Origin: Octopus sinensis
Taxonomy: Eukaryota
Length of the DNA: 64,000 nt
Direction: 5' to 3'
NCBI RefSeq assembly: GCF_006345805.1
Contig: NC_043011.1
Coordinates: 2,108,001 to 2,172,000, forward strand
The position numbers were made by a program, and so were the translations under genes. Positions 63,165-64,000 of the stretch are shown here, one piece after another. Within the stretch, counting starts at the first letter, position 1. The number at the start of each line of letters is the position of its first letter. The notes beneath the pieces are model-generated. The model searched no databases, had not been told where the DNA came from, and was given only the letters and a program-made list of their open reading frames with translations.

Positions 63165-63960
63165 CATAGGAAGTGAGCCCATATACTCACACAATAGTCC
63201 GCCACATCATAGTCCTCCAGGTGATAACAAAAGAATTTAAGACAGGCTGCTCCTGAGAACTCTTCTATACAGATGACCTTGCTCTAATAGCTGAATCACT
63301 ACCAGAATCATCTAGACTAACTCTCTCCCAAAGGTATGCGAGCATAGTCTAGAATTGAAGGACCTTAGAGTTAACTAAGCAAAAAGCAAAGTCTTAGCAA
63401 GTAGGAAGGCAGACAAATCATAAATCCCTTCAGGTAGATGACTCTGCTTGATCTGTAGAAAAGGCGTAGGTAGAAAATTCATAAGATGCACCTGGTGTAA
63501 GCTATGGACACATAAAAGGTGCAACTATATCAGAGGAAGGTTAACAGGGAAAAGAGCTTTTGTACTTGGAAGATGCACAGGTACAATAAACACCAAAAGT
63601 ATACAGAAAATTAACTCCATCAACTGCCAGGGGTATAAGCTAGAGGTCGTAAATAGCTTCCATTATCTAGGTGACCAAGTTAATAGTGGAGTGGATTCTT
63701 TGAGAACATAGCTGTAAGAATAAGGTTAGTCTGGGCAAAGTTCATAGAGCTCCTACCTCAGCTGGCAACAAAGAGCCTCTCCCTCAAAGAGAAAGGCAGA
63801 TGATGCCTGTGTGTGAACAGCTATGTTACACAGTAGTGAAATATGGGCTGTGACAGCTGAGGACATGCATAGGTTTGAAAGAAATGAAACCGGTATGCTT
63901 TGCTGAATGTGCAATGTCAGTGTGCATGTTTGACAGGGTATAAGCATCTTGAGAGAAAAG
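63165..63960 (+). mobile_element. Degenerate RTE LINE RT fragment, same family as 35790-36600
   Basis: ITKEFKTGCS*ELFYTDDLALIAES (YADD motif decayed); ICRKGVGRKFIRCTWCKLWTHKRC; FHYLGD; MLHSSEIW. Confidence 0.85.
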
Positions 63961-64000
63961 TGAGTGTCTGTATATGTATCTGTGCATATTTGTATGTATG

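Overview
AT-rich eukaryotic genomic DNA dominated by repeats. The SINE, RTE and microsatellite repertoire matches what I recognise from Octopus genomes; this taxon call is inference. No complete, recognisable host gene is present, and nearly all listed ORFs are translations of repeats. Main contents: (1) a 15-kb array of a 48-bp unit (3477-18525) that appears to have been amplified in place from unique sequence and has a ~4-kb higher-order duplication; (2) a minus-strand frame that runs from candidate micro-exons at 23.5 kb and 19.8 kb through both array flanks and in register with the unit, interrupted by stops that are mostly TGA (possible decayed gene, unproven); (3) a near-full-length R4/Dong-clade non-LTR retrotransposon with a (TAA)n tail (43301-47400); (4) many tRNA-derived SINEs, RTE fragments (one 3' end has three C2H2 fingers), two non-autonomous Helitrons, four TTAA-flanked piggyBac-type MITEs, a 1-kb long-TIR element, and Tc1/mariner, Gypsy and Penelope remnants. 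Family assignments come from motif recognition without database searches. Some element boundaries are approximate.
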